From Octopus sinensis (taxonomy: Eukaryota), in the NCBI RefSeq assembly GCF_006345805.1, contig NW_021833741.1, positions 1-64,000 on the forward strand: 64,000 nt of DNA. The letters are read 5' to 3'. A program made the translations under genes and the position numbers. How positions within the stretch are numbered: position 1 is the first letter of the stretch; each line of letters starts with the position of its first letter. This document shows positions 14,251-28,702 of this stretch, piece after piece. The notes under the pieces are model-generated. The model saw nothing but the letters and a program-made list of their open reading frames with translations. It did no database searches and was not told the origin of the DNA.

Positions 14251-15371
14251 CCTAATCCCCCGTCTGTAGTAATTCCTCAGCTGGACAAGCCCCAAACTTC
14301 TGGTAAATTGAGGCGAGGAGGGATACTTGCTAATTGTATTGTTGGGAAAGTGCCACATGTTAATCCAAAGATAATCTAGTTCTTTAGCGACCCTGCACTG
14401 ATTAACGAAGATTAATATTAACGAACCCACCCCCACTCTGCCGCGCACATTCCCCACTAATGGGTTAAATAAATAAATAAATAAATAAATAAAAGGGTGA
14501 GGGTTTGGTTGTCGGGAATCGGTGAATTATCAATTATAATTTCTTTTATTTGACTGGAAGGCTTGATTGCAACAACAACAACAACAACAAGTGCAGGGTG
14601 CAACAACAACAACGAGTAACAATACAAGAGACGAAGTCTGAGCAAACAGAAGCCATTGACATTGATTGGATGAAGCAAAATAATAGAGCCGGAGGGCGGG
14701 GGGTGAGGTGGGGAATGCTAAGGAATGGTGGTAGTTAGAGGTAATGGAATAACTGGGGAAGGAGTAAGTGGGGTCGGTGACGCAGGTTGCGGTGGGAGGT
14801 TGATATTTAGAAAGTGATAATGATGACGATGATCATGATGGTGGTGGTGATGATGACAGGGACATGAGGATGAGTATGAAGATGATGATGATGATGACGA
14901 CGACGATGATAGTGATGATGATGATGATGAAAACGACGACTACGATGATGATGCTGATGCTGATGATGAGTATGATGATGATGATGATGAGTATGGTGAT
15001 GTTACGAAGATGCTGCCGTTACAGATGTAGCCCAACATTGTGCAGAAAACACTACTGTAACGGCTGAAAACTGAGTTCGGTCTAACTGCACAACTGACTA
15101 CCACCCGGGGGCAATGGGTCACTCTCAAACGATCAGTGATTTCGACCTCTTTGAAATACAGTTACAACTCATTTTTGCCAGCTGAGTAGACTGGAGCAAC
15201 GTGAAATGAAGTGTCTTGCTCAAGCACACAACGCGTCGCCGGGAATCGAACTCACGGCTTTACACACAAACACACACATACATACACACACACACATATG
15301 TGTGTAACATATGGTATAATTATAAACGGCAAATTTTAGCTATTTCTCTGCAGACTGAAAATATGACGATA

Positions 15372-15415
15372 ACCTTTATCGATTTTCGAACCTTATTGAG
15401 TTCTCATCAGCGGCG
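15372..15415 (-). ncRNA. Hammerhead-like motif
   Basis: Minus: CTGATGA-GAAC(TCAATAAG)GTTC-GAAA-ATCGATA; intact core and stem II, palindromic ATCGAT, weak stem I. Confidence 0.5.
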
Positions 15416-15913
15416 TCTACAACATTCTGACAAATCTCCAGAGAAACAATCAACCAAACTGTTTATATACTCAACAAATGCAGCAGTTTCTCTATGAATG
15501 AGTCCCTAATTTGCATACCGAAAGTGTTTAACACCAGTGGCTCTGTCAACGGGGATCTTAGTCCACACAGTATCAAGGTATGATATAATATATACGTATA
15601 TATACAGTCTCTTTTACTCGTTTCAGTTATGCGGCTGCGGTCATATTGGAGCACCGCCGTGGTCTCTCTGGCTTCCTCAGTCTGAGGCATTTCACATCAC
15701 AACTCCTATATGTTTCCTATGTCCCAGCTGATGGAGTGGATGACGCCTTTGATACAATAAAACGGCGGCCAGTTCAAGCATTTGTATAACACTCAATGTA
15801 GAAATTAGGCACCAACCCTTCTAGAGTTTTCCATATGTAGGATATTACATATCTGTCACACCTTCGATCTAGGGAGTAAAGTTGCAATTTTTTTTAGCTT
15901 ATACATACATACA

Positions 15914-15944
<31 letters not shown>

Positions 15945-15946
<2 letters not shown>

Positions 15947-16745
15947 TATTATCTACCGATGAGACAACGATGTTGCAGCTAGGACACTCTATAATGAAAT
16001 CCGTCGAAAGTATAAACCCGAGGACAAAGAAATAAAAACTCACAATATGGTAGAAGCCATAGCCACTCATAATAAAAACGCGCACTGGTGGAATGTCCCA
16101 GTGAAAAGATCAACAAAATGTAAGCACAACAGACCTGATATAATGATTTGCGATAGAGAAGAAAAAACTGTGCACAGTTGTGGAAATTAGCTGACCAGTG
16201 GATAATAACATAAAACTGAAGATCTATGCTGAACTATTGAGAAATCTGCAGTTACTCTATCCAGATTACAAGTTCAGGTTTATACCTGTAATTATTGGAG
16301 TCCTGGGATATGTAATACATTGCCTAAATACCAATCTTGAGAAATTAGGCTTCTCAAAACCAGAAAGGAGAAAGCTGATTCGAAGACTACAGATCCAATC
16401 CATTAGTTGAACTGTAAAAATCTGTAAAACTTTCCAGAAGTTTATCATTTAAATATATATGAGCATGTCTAGATATGCAACTATATGCATGAGAATACAT
16501 ACATAAAGCGAAACATACAAATCTGGACATATACATTTATATATGCATACAAACATACATACATACATACATACATGCATAGATACATACATACATGCAA
16601 AAATACATACATACATAGATACATGCATACATACATACAAATATACCCTGTTGTTGATGTTGAAATTCCAATGAAGAAGTCTTGATCTAGGTTAGAAACC
16701 GGTTCTTTCTCTTTTGGCAAGAAATCTTGAAATAAACTGAATAAT
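15945..16745 (+). mobile_element. 3' fragment of REL-endonuclease LINE (R4/Dong-like) with 3' UTR
   Basis: Frameshifted WWNVPV..KCKHNRPDIMI..VVEIS..YAELLRNLQLLYPDYKFRFIPVIIG, matching restriction-like endonuclease motifs; (TACA)n upstream. Confidence 0.75.
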
Positions 16746-17452
16746 GACATACACACACACACACGCACACGCACACGCGTGTGTGTTTACGTACGCGCGT
16801 CTCAATGTACTAATAGATAGTTAGGAGACTGTAGTCAAGATATTGGTATGCACCAACCGACCTACCGACCTCCCATCCTACCTCCCCGCCACCGACCAAT
16901 GACATAAGGCGGATGCATTGTCCATTGTTCGAACACTTTGGCTGGCGTCGTCCGGTCGATGTTCGGTCAAGAATATACACAGGACCCTTCATAATACCGT
17001 TTCCGCCACAACTTAGCATTTCTCCTCGACAAAAGCACAATGCCAAACCTTTACTGACAGACGGAAAGAAGTGCGAATGTTCTAATGTGTGTCTGTATGT
17101 ATGTATGTATGTATGTATGTATGTATGTATGTTTGTATGTATGTATGTGTGTGTGTATGTATGTATGTGTGCGCGTATATGTATGTGTGTATGTGTCTGT
17201 GTATGTATGTGTGTACGTATGTGTGTGTATATGTGTGTATGTCTGTATGTATATATGTATGTACGTATGTATGTATGTGTGAGTGTGTGTGTGTGCATGT
17301 AGATATAAATTATTCATATTTAAATGAATATATGTAGATATAAACATACAGACATATTGATTGACACACACACGCACATACAGTTATATGTATGTAATGG
17401 TTTATATTCTATTCATACTCATATCCATAGATATTTATATATATATACATAC

Positions 17453-17487
<35 letters not shown>

Positions 17488-18160
17488 TGTATGCATGCAT
17501 GCATGCATGCATGTATGTATGTATGCATGTATGTATGTATGTATGTATGTATGTATGTATGTATGTATGTATGTATGTGTATAGATATATCAATATCTAA
17601 GTGTACACGCACTCTTACACACACACACTTACGCACACGCGTTTTTGCTTTCTCATCGCGGTTGAGTAGAAGAAAATGGGGGGTGGGTGTGGGGAGAGGT
17701 GGTGTAGAATGTAACCTTGTTGACAATTTGGTCAAGTGGCTTCCGAAGGAAATTTCCAAAATCTAGAAGTAATAAATAACCAGGGAAAAGGAAAAAGAAA
17801 AAGGAAAACTAATGAAACTTCTCATTTGAAGAAAGGTCCGACCTCTACCACCACAAACACACACACACACACACACCACACACACACACACACAGAGAGA
17901 CACACACACACAGACACACATACACACACACACACAGACACACACACACACAGACACACAGACAGACAGACACACACACACACATACACACACACACACA
18001 CACACACAGACACACACACAGACACACACACACATACACACACACAGACACACACACTATACACAGACTCATATATGCAAATATGTATGTATATATATTA
18101 ATGTATGTATACATAAATGTACGCATATATACGGATATATACATATACACATACACACGT

Positions 18161-18195
<35 letters not shown>

Positions 18196-18198
<3 letters not shown>

Positions 18199-18435
18199 AA
18201 TGAGTACACACACACACACGCAATGGAGTGTAACCTTGAGCTCAAATATATATGTGCCCTCTCACATACATATACAGATGCACAACTACTCATAACTACA
18301 CTCACACATACAAAGCCCACAAACACGTACACACACGCAACGCATATGCACACACATATTTGTACTCAAGTGCATACGCATATTTCAGCAGCCTGAAGAA
18401 ATACGAAAGCATTTGATAAAGAGACGAGGACATTC

Positions 18436-18473
<38 letters not shown>

Positions 18474-18742
18474 TAATAATAATAATATAGTAATTCGGGA
18501 AATAATGTCAAGAAGGGAAATGCTGAAGGTGTGATCAACAAAGTAAACACGCAATTGTGTGCCTATATATATATGTGTGTGTATATATATATATATATAC
18601 ATACATATATATATATATATGAATACATATATATGTATATATATATATATATGTATATATATACATATATATATATGTGTGTGTGTGTGAACACACATAT
18701 TTCTCTAATTCTATTTCATGTCAAAATAAAACTGTGTATCTA

Positions 18743-18783
<41 letters not shown>

Positions 18784-19031
18784 TATATATCGAAATGAGT
18801 ACACACACACACACACGCAATGGAGTGTAACCTTGAGCTCAAATATATATGTGCCCTCTCACATACATATACAGATGCACAACTACTCATAACTACACTC
18901 ACACATACAAAGCCCACAAACACGTACACACACGCAACGCATATGCACACACATATTTGTACTCAAGTGCATACGCATATTCAGCAGCCTGAAGAAATAC
19001 GAAAGCATTTGATAAAGAGACGAGGACATTC

Positions 19032-19075
<44 letters not shown>

Positions 19076-19339
19076 TAATAATAATAGTAATTCGGGAAAT
19101 AATGTCAAGAAGGGAAATGCTGAAGGTGTGATCAACAAAGTAAACACGCAATTGTGTGCCTATATATATATGTGTGTGTATATATATATATATATACATA
19201 CATATATATATATATATGAATACATATATATGTATATATATATATATATGTATATATATACATATATATATATGTGTGTGTGTGTGAACACACATATTTC
19301 TCTAATTCTATTTCATGTCAAAATAAAACTGTGTATCTA

Positions 19340-19343
<4 letters not shown>
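18196..19343. repeat. Near-identical tandem duplication, about 595 bp period
   Basis: 18196-18745 matches 18791-19343; junction lies in (TA)n. Confidence 0.9.
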
Positions 19344-19378
<35 letters not shown>

Positions 19379-19610
19379 ACGTACACATACACATTTAAAT
19401 AGAACACACACATACACACACACCTACCTACCCACACCTTCCTGTGTACTCAACAAAAGTCAAAAGAGAGTCCGTTGTTTGAATTTTCTATTACAAGAAA
19501 CGAATGTCTAAATTTAGAACTCGCGAACTTCCTTTCGTCGTCCATAATTCGATCAATTCCTTGTTTGATATTTAAATAGATTTGGTACAATTTACATTAA
19601 TTACGATGGG

Positions 19611-19660
<50 letters not shown>

Positions 19661-19989
19661 GTGGGGGTTTCATGTTCAGTGAACAAGTCATCAGCATTCG
19701 CTAACCCCTTTTTCCCTCCAAAGCTACTCCTTAAAAATGTAAATAAACCTGGTGACTAACCTATCTCATTTGCATAAAGTTATATGATTGACAAGCAGAC
19801 ATTATTGACTCCTCGGCCGCCAATGCACTGAAGGTTATGAATAAATATTTATGCGGAGCCATATCGTTCTGTAATCTTGCAAGTAACATTGGAGCCAGCT
19901 GGTTCAATTCCAGACCCAATCTGCCGAAAAGGTCCACGTGGGCCACATCTCGTAGTGATAAAAATACGTGTAAATGAGTTGATTTGTTT

Positions 19990-20570
19990 ACCGCTTCCTA
20001 ACCACGTGATTTCGGGTTCAGTCCCACTGTGTGACACCTTGGAGAAGTGCCTTCTACTATAGCCTGGCCTCGGGAACTCCAGTGCCTTGGGAAGGAATTT
20101 GATAGACGGAAACTGTGTGGAGGCCCGTCGTACAACATGCTCTTTGTCTATCTCCTTAACTTCTTGAAGATTTTAGGTAAAATTATACTAATGTGTCCTG
20201 TTTTAATTTAATTAAATTCTATGTTTTTGTGCAGCTGAAGATTGCTCTACATTTTAAACTGATGTAATGAAATGATTGCATTCAATTAAATGGAGTTGCA
20301 TGAAACGATCATACTGCATTACCTCTGGATATCGTTGTTGCTTATTTTGATTTATATATTTATATATATATGGGTGTGTGTGTAATTTGTGTTTGTGTTT
20401 GTCCTTCCACCAATTGGCAACTGGTGTTGGTTCGTTTACGTCTCTATAACCTTGTGCGTCGGCAAATGAGACCGAAGAATAAATAGCAGACTTAAAATAA
20501 TTACTAGGGTCGACTTGTTCGGCGGTGCTCCAGCATGACCACTGTCCAGTGGCTGAAACAAGGAAAAAAG
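19990..20570 (+). mobile_element. SINE family B, diverged and interrupted
   Basis: 5' half at about 19990-20130 and 3' half at about 20390-20570. Confidence 0.65.
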
Positions 20571-20589
20571 CAGTATATATCTTCATGTC

Positions 20590-20620
<31 letters not shown>

Positions 20621-21781
20621 CCATCCATCCATCCATCCATCCATCCATCCATCCATCCATCCATACATACATACATACATACATACATACATACATACAT
20701 AAACACATACAGTCCCAGGCAGTGGCTCTCATAGCTTTTGATCTTTGCTTATTGGAAGTGTTATCATGTACATTGTTTTGTCTTGGTATAAAAGATGGGC
20801 GACAGCAAATATTCTGCTCAATACCACAGATTTGCTTGTCAATCATATAACCAGTTGACCATGCCCCTTAGTGGTTGACGATATGTGCATCTCTGATCAC
20901 GAGCAGAAGTAGTGGCGAAGCATCATAGCCATGTGTTGGGAGGAATTCTTTGGGGTTTGGATAATTCACCATTGGAAACATCAGATAATTTGGGGTTTGG
21001 ATAATTCACCTTTGAAAACATCCTTAAACACCCCTTATTCAGGGACCTTTTGAGTGGGATGGCCTACTCCACCCGAAGAAGATTTTAACTGGGTCCCACC
21101 CGCAAAGTCATGTGCTGTTTCTCAGAGAAACCAAGAACTCATAGCAGCGACCATATATATTTTGTTTGTGTCGTGGCTCCAGTTAAGTTTTTGCTGATTA
21201 ACACTTAAAATTCATTATTGTAGTAAATTAATTTGAACGGCGAAATTCGAAGCAGATATAACTATAAATAACAGCGTGTAGAATTTTGGTTAAAACCCCC
21301 AATACATGCTATTATTTGTAGCTTTATCTACTTCGAATTTCATCGTTCTAAGTAATTTATTTCATATCTCACAAACTTTCTGAATTCTTATAAAGTAAAC
21401 AACTTTCGTTGTAGTTTTTTCAATATTGAGTATCTTTTTTAACAAAATGGTCCCATCACCTCAGAGATTCGAACCTCTTGAGATGCTTGTAACTATCTGT
21501 ACTCCAATGAATGCGCTGGTCGGGAATTTATGGAGACAACCCGCAAAACTCTCCCCGAAAGTAATATCAGGGAAGGTATGTGTTGAGGGTGTCTTTGTTG
21601 ATATTGTCGAAGTCAACATCAATGGACGTCACCGAAGACATAAAGCAGATTATTCAGTGGCTCAGTGACCTTTAGTTTCGTACTTTGTACTTTTCAAACT
21701 CTGATAAATGCATTCGCATGAAACTCTTGAGAGCTCTTTGATTAATAAATATGCATTATATATATGTCTATTGGTCGCACG

Positions 21782-21833
<52 letters not shown>

Positions 21834-21871
21834 CTCTCTCTCTCTCTCTCTCACACACTCTCTCTCTCACA

Positions 21872-21911
<40 letters not shown>

Positions 21912-23286
21912 TACACACACACACACACACAATTTAATAAAGTGTGATTTGTCTGCATGTGATTTAAGGTTTCTGGCAGAGACCCGGCTCGTCCAGGCTC
22001 AGATTACCGAATAGAGAAATACAAAAAAGGCAAGATGGCTGCTAGAAAATGGGCTGCCATTGGTGAAGGCTGATCACATGGTGTTGTTAGAAGTGAGACA
22101 GGCATTGCAGCGATATTAGATGCACATATATATCACAAAGTCACCATGCATCATACCATTCTATATTTGATAGTGGAGATAGGGGTGGGAGGGAATTTGA
22201 CTGTTGTTTCTAGCAGTTCCACTGATCACATAAATACGCCGTCGTTGATGGTGGTGGTCGTGGTTGTTGTTTAACTCTAGGGCAACATTGATGGAGCGGA
22301 CCGAAGACGTTCCATCCAGGACCATCCTGTCCGTTTCCTAAAGGCACAAACCACGGCTTTCGTTATCCAACTGTCCACTATTCTTAACAGGGCGGGGTGT
22401 GATCAAGGGGCGGATTGGTGATGGCGGGCGTAGTGGCGCTGCTGAGGGTAACGGCTGACGGTGGACACACACACACACACACACACACACATATGTCGAT
22501 ATATACTTATATACACACAAACGTACATGTGTGTATACTCCGCCACACACGCACATGCATACAATGGAGAAGGTGGTGATGGTGGTGGTTATTATGGTGG
22601 GAACGGTGGAGCAGCTGGGGCTGGGATGGCGATGTTGGCGGTGCAGATGTCGATTATATAAAGAGGTGATGTCGGTGCAGATGGTATTTACGTATAGAGG
22701 CGGCGGCGGCGGCGGCACATTTGGTTGCAAAGGTTGAGGCATTGTTGCAGCCGGTGTAATAATTGCCAGACAAGGTAAAGTGCAGTTAGTCACTAATTCT
22801 GTGACATAATCGTGTTACTGAGAACAGTAATACAGAAAAAAGGAGGGAGGGATGGGAGGGGGTAGAGCTGGAGCAAGGCGAGACGGCAGGGTGGTGGAGG
22901 TGGTGGTGGTGGTGTTGGTGGCGGTGAGGAGTCAGTCAATGGCGACCACGGAACAAAGCCAGACATCGCAAACTTTCGATCTCACCACGCCCATCACCAC
23001 TTTCTCACTTTCGCCACTCAATCTCTTTCTCTCTTTCTCTCTCTCTACTTATCGTTCCTGGTTGCCGTACGTACGTACGTACGTATGCATGTATGTATGT
23101 ATGCTCGTATGAATGTATGTATGTATGTGTGTGTATGTATGTATGTATGAATGTATGTATGTATGTATGTATGTATGTATGTATGTATGTGTGTGTATGT
23201 ATGTATGTACGTACGAATGTGTGTATGTATTATGTATGCATGCATGTCCGCATGTATGTATGTATGTATGTATGTATGTATGTATG

Positions 23287-23349
<63 letters not shown>

Positions 23350-23429
23350 GCATACATATAGGTATACATATATGTACGTATACACATATGTGTATATACA
23401 TGCCTATATTTAATAAAGCTGATTCATAA

Positions 23430-23628
23430 GGCGGCGGTGAATAGCTGGCAGAAACGTTAGCATACCGGGCGAAATGCTTAGCGGTATTTCATGTCTTTAC
23501 GTTCTGAGTTCAAATTCCGCCGAGGTCGACTTTGCCTCTCATAAATTAAGTACCAGTTGCGTACTGGGGTCGATCTAATCGCCTGGCCCGCTCCTCCAAA
23601 ATTTCGGGCCTTGTGCCTAGAGTAGAAG
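23430..23628 (+). mobile_element. SINE family A
   Basis: GGCGGCG..GCTGGCAGAAACGTTAGC..GAGTTCAAATTCCGCCGAGGTCGAC. Confidence 0.85.
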
Positions 23629-23726
23629 AGAATATATGTGTGTACTTGTATATATATAGATATACAGGTATATGTATATATACATATAAGCATACACACA
23701 CACACACACACACACAAACACACACA

Positions 23727-23765
<39 letters not shown>

Positions 23766-24274
23766 ACACATATATATACATATGTCTATGCATATACATA
23801 TATTTTATACCTGTGTATGTTTATACATGTATGCGTGTGTATTCGTGTGCGCATGTGCACACACACACACGCGCGCATGATTGGCTCTTTCTCCCTACAT
23901 TCTCTCTCTCTTCCTTTCTCTCTCTCTCTCTCACTCTCTCCCCCTCTCCCTTTAACTCCTTGTCTTCCGGCATCTTTGTCTGCCTCCCTGGCTTCATCTC
24001 TAACTCTTAGCTATCTCCTTTGTTCAAGACTTCACGTATCAGACCATGCTGGAGCACCATGCTTTACCCACTCTCCCCTCACTCCCCTAATCCTTCTTTC
24101 GAGAGTTGCCTCTTCCCCCCCCCTGTTTCCACATGTTTCCTTAGTTTTCTCGTCCCCATGATGATAATGATGATGATGATGATGATGACGATTTTAAAAG
24201 TTTGTTTTTCTTTCTGTTGAAGTTAATTTGTTATTGTTGTTGTCGACATTTGAATCAGGCATTGTTTTATGTCA

Positions 24275-24305
<31 letters not shown>

Positions 24306-24307
24306 CT

Positions 24308-24550
24308 TTCTACTAAAGGCGAAAGGCCTGAAATTTGGTGGTGGTGGTGGTGGTAGGATGGGATGTGGGCGGATTGAGTAAGTCAATATATATATATATA
24401 TAGACCCCAACGTTCAACTGGTATTTATTTTATCGACCACCGAAAGGATGAAAGGCAAAGTCGACCTCGGTGGAATTCGAACTCAGAACGTAAAGACAGA
24501 CGGAATACTATTAAGCATTTTACCCGGCATGCTAACGATTCTACCAGCTC
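24308..24550 (-). mobile_element. SINE family A
   Basis: Reverse complement of the family A consensus. Confidence 0.8.
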
Positions 24551-26140
24551 ACAGAACAACAACAACAACAACAGCAATAATAATAATAATGATGATGATG
24601 ATGATGATAATAATAATAATAGTAATAGTAATAATGAAGACAACAACAACAACGAATGTGGTCGTTGGTTATGGCGTCGTCTGCTATCAGACTTACGTCA
24701 TTGTTGGACGGCGACAAGATGAAAGCGAGACAGGGCAGAAGACTTAGAAAGATAAAGACGCGAACGTGGACGAAGACAAAGACTGAGAGGAGGAGGAGGA
24801 GGCGATTTGAAAGTGAAAGTGAAAGTGAGATGGAGGAAACAAAGGAAAGGTAGGAGCACAGTAAGAGAGAGAGAGAGAGAGAGGTTGGGGAGAGAGAGAG
24901 GAGAGTGAAGGGAGGTGACATATTCATTACAATATCGCCAAAGATCAAAGTTAATTGATTTCACGTTTTTCCTTAGATCTGTTTAATCACAACTACGACC
25001 GCCACTTGTATTACCACGGTGATGATGATGATGATAATTGCCCCACAACCACCACCACCACCACCACCGTCGCGCCGCCATCATCATCATCATCGTCGTC
25101 GTCGTCATCGTCGTCATCATCGTCACCATCATCTCATTGATTAAACATTCAATTGAAAGATATATATTCCTTCGTATTAAAAACAACCTCAAATACACGA
25201 ACAAATACGCAAGCCACGAAGTTTCACATTCGCGCACGAGCACAGTGATTCATATCTCCGAATATTCCATAAAAGCAAAAAGCAAAACAAGAAACTCAGC
25301 TCGGTTTAGTATTGAAACCACGACATTGAAATCATTAAGAAACGTTTCCTCATCGTCAATATCACCAGATATTCGATAATAACGCCTTCAAATTTTCGTA
25401 TCCACTGCCCCAAATTTGGTCGTAGCCTGCTATAACAGATATAAAGTTAGTAAACATCTACAGCTACCCTCTAAAATCTATCTGTACGAGATAACTAGGA
25501 GTATTGTATATCAATGTTTAGAAACTACCAACGACACTCTAAAAACTTAACGTCGGTGGGACCTCAGACCTCTTTAAATAACGCTTCCTATATTCTGTTG
25601 TGTCTGGGGAGAGTCCTTTTCTTTTTGTGCCTTATAATGTAACACACTCACCGGTGAAATTTCTACTTATTTCTTATTTTTTTATTTTCCTAAAATTTTC
25701 GCTGCGTCTTGCAACTTTTTCAATAGTCTTGACTCTGTCCGTTATTTACACTGCGTTCCCTTTTGTTTGTTTGTGCACATGTCTGTGGGTCAGTGTGTGT
25801 GTGTGCCTATGCATGCATGTACGTATGTATGCATGTGTATGTATATATGTGTGTGTATGCATATGTATATATGTATGTGTGTGCATCTGTATGTATGTAT
25901 CCTGCATATTCATGTGCTTGTATGTCCGTGTTTGTGTACTTTTTATGTATGTGTGTGTGAGAGCGTGTGTTTGTATATGTATGCACCTCTGTGTCCTTGT
26001 GTGAAGTAAAGTGTGTGTGTGTGTATATATGGTCATGTGTTTCACTCTTCCATTTGCGTATGTGTGCTTGTCTGTTCATATAACCTATCTACCTATCCGT
26101 CTGTATGTTGATCTGTTTATTTTCATATCCATATGCTTAC

Positions 26141-26199
<59 letters not shown>

Positions 26200-27187
26200 G
26201 CTTCCTATATGACTTCCTATATTAGCTTGTTAAAACATAATAATACACCACATCATCTTAAATGGAGAATACTTTCAAAATGTTTCTTATAGTCATTGTA
26301 CAATGGAAGCGTGACATCCTTTCATCTAAGGCCCCATTTCTCAACTGCCATTCAAAAGATTCCGAGCTACATTCAGACAAAATTTAAGTCGTTTGCATTT
26401 TACAAATCGATTATTTAATATCACGAAAGATGCGCGACTGTACATTAGTTTGTGTGTTTATGCATTATTCTGTCCTATATTCCATTCATAAAATATCTCA
26501 CGTTCTTAATCCTTAGCGAATAGTCTGTCACCTTCTCCATTATTTAAGACTTGAAATCGATAAACATTAAGTTTGAAGTTTCTGCTGCTGCTTTGTTATT
26601 TTCGAAGCATTGTAGGTTACACATGTCTTGAGCAGATGAACATCCTACAGAACCGGGTCGAACAACATACTGCAATTAAAACGAAGGCTTTTTGGATAAG
26701 CATCGAAGTAGAGCTAATTTTATCACAGCTCTTCATAGACGTTGACCGGTTAAAGAAGATGGTGTTGCCAAAAATCTCACTATTAATATCTTATAACACA
26801 CATGACATGTTGCAATAGAGCTTTACTAAAGGTAGATTTCCGAGCAATGCTACTCTTCTGGCATGGAATAAACCGTTTTACAAGCGCCAACACATTCATA
26901 CCCCGTACGAGGGCCAAGTCCGTAACAATGGACAAGAGCTTTCCATCTGCATTTGATTATCACGAATATGGAGAGACTGTTGTGGGAGCCATTTTATTCA
27001 ACAAGATGTGGGTTTTCAAGGGCCGGGCGAAAGCTCAATTACCTCATGTGACTCTCACCAACAAAAATAAGTAAACTAGTGACCGGCCCGCTGGACACCT
27101 AAAACCAACGAAGCTATTGATCATGTTATGTCTATTTGTACTTTTACATGTGTAAATATACTTATGTGCCCGCACTCTCTCTCTGTG

Positions 27188-27248
<61 letters not shown>

Positions 27249-27295
27249 ATGTATATATATATGTGTGTGTGTGTGTGTGTATGTATATATATATG

Positions 27296-27354
<59 letters not shown>

Positions 27355-27364
27355 ATATATATAT

Positions 27365-27420
<56 letters not shown>

Positions 27421-27424
<4 letters not shown>

Positions 27425-28588
27425 AGAATGAATGTTTTTATATATAATGAACGTGAAATACAGGAGGGACGAACACGGAACACAGACAAATCATTCGAAG
27501 CCTTCAATCTTCAGTCAGACACACCGAATCATCATAGCAAATTTCGGCTGTTCAATTCTGATATTTGCTCCAACTCGGCCAGCCCCAAGAAAAAAAACTA
27601 AGCTGTAAGCATTAGATTTCTTGGTAGAAGACAGGAATGTGAACGCACAAGACGGATGTAAATACAAGAGACGAAAACGAAATTGAAAACAGTAATGAAT
27701 AAACAAAATATATATAACGGTGGTTGTCATACGACTTTAGAACAAATGAGACAAAAACAACAACAACATAGCTGGCGTAGAAATAATTACCGTTTCGGTA
27801 GCGGGGACACATGTTGGTCGAGATACGATGGCCAACAGAATGGTTTAAGAAGCAGCAGGTTGCAGGAGAGAGAGAGAAAGAGAGACAGAGAGAGAGGGAA
27901 TCAAAGAGGGTGGAAGGCAGGGGACAGAATCAGTGACCAAGAGAAAAGGAGAAAGAAGGGATTAAGGAGGATGGGAGGAAGAGGGGAGGAGGATGGGAGG
28001 AAGAGAGGAAGAATCGGAGGGCGCCAAAAAGTTTGGTGAAGAAGCAATGGCGGGTAGGAAAGACAGTGTGTATAGAGTCGTGCAGGGTTAAAATTGGACA
28101 AACAAACGGGGGGGGGGGGGTGCACGTAACGCCGCAATAATATAAGAATGAATGTTTTTATATATAATGAACGTGAAATACAGGAAGGGACGAACACGGA
28201 ACACAGACAAATCATTCGAAGCCTTCAATCTTCAGTCAGACACCGAATCATCATAGCAAATTCGGCTGTTCAATTCTGATATTTGCTCCAACTCGGCCAG
28301 CCCCAGAAAAAAAAACTAAGCTGTAAGCATTAGATTTCTTGGTAGAAGACAGGAATGTGAACGCACAGACGGATGTAAAAAACAAGAGACGAAAACGAAA
28401 TTGAAAACAGTAATGAATAAACAAAATATATATAACGGTGGTTGTCATACGACTTTAGACCAAATGAGACAAAAACAACAACACATAGCTGGCGTAGAAA
28501 TAATTACCGTTTCGGTAGCGGGGACACATGTTGGTCGAGATACGAAGGCAACAGAATGGTTTAAGAAGCAGCAGTTGCAGGAGAGAGA
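27421..28588. mobile_element. Non-coding element with about 450-bp direct repeats, flanked by (TA)n
   Basis: 27421-27870 matches 28141-28588, separated by a purine-rich spacer. Confidence 0.55.
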
Positions 28589-28628
28589 GGTATATATATA
28601 TATATATATACATATATATGTATATATA

Positions 28629-28702
<74 letters not shown>

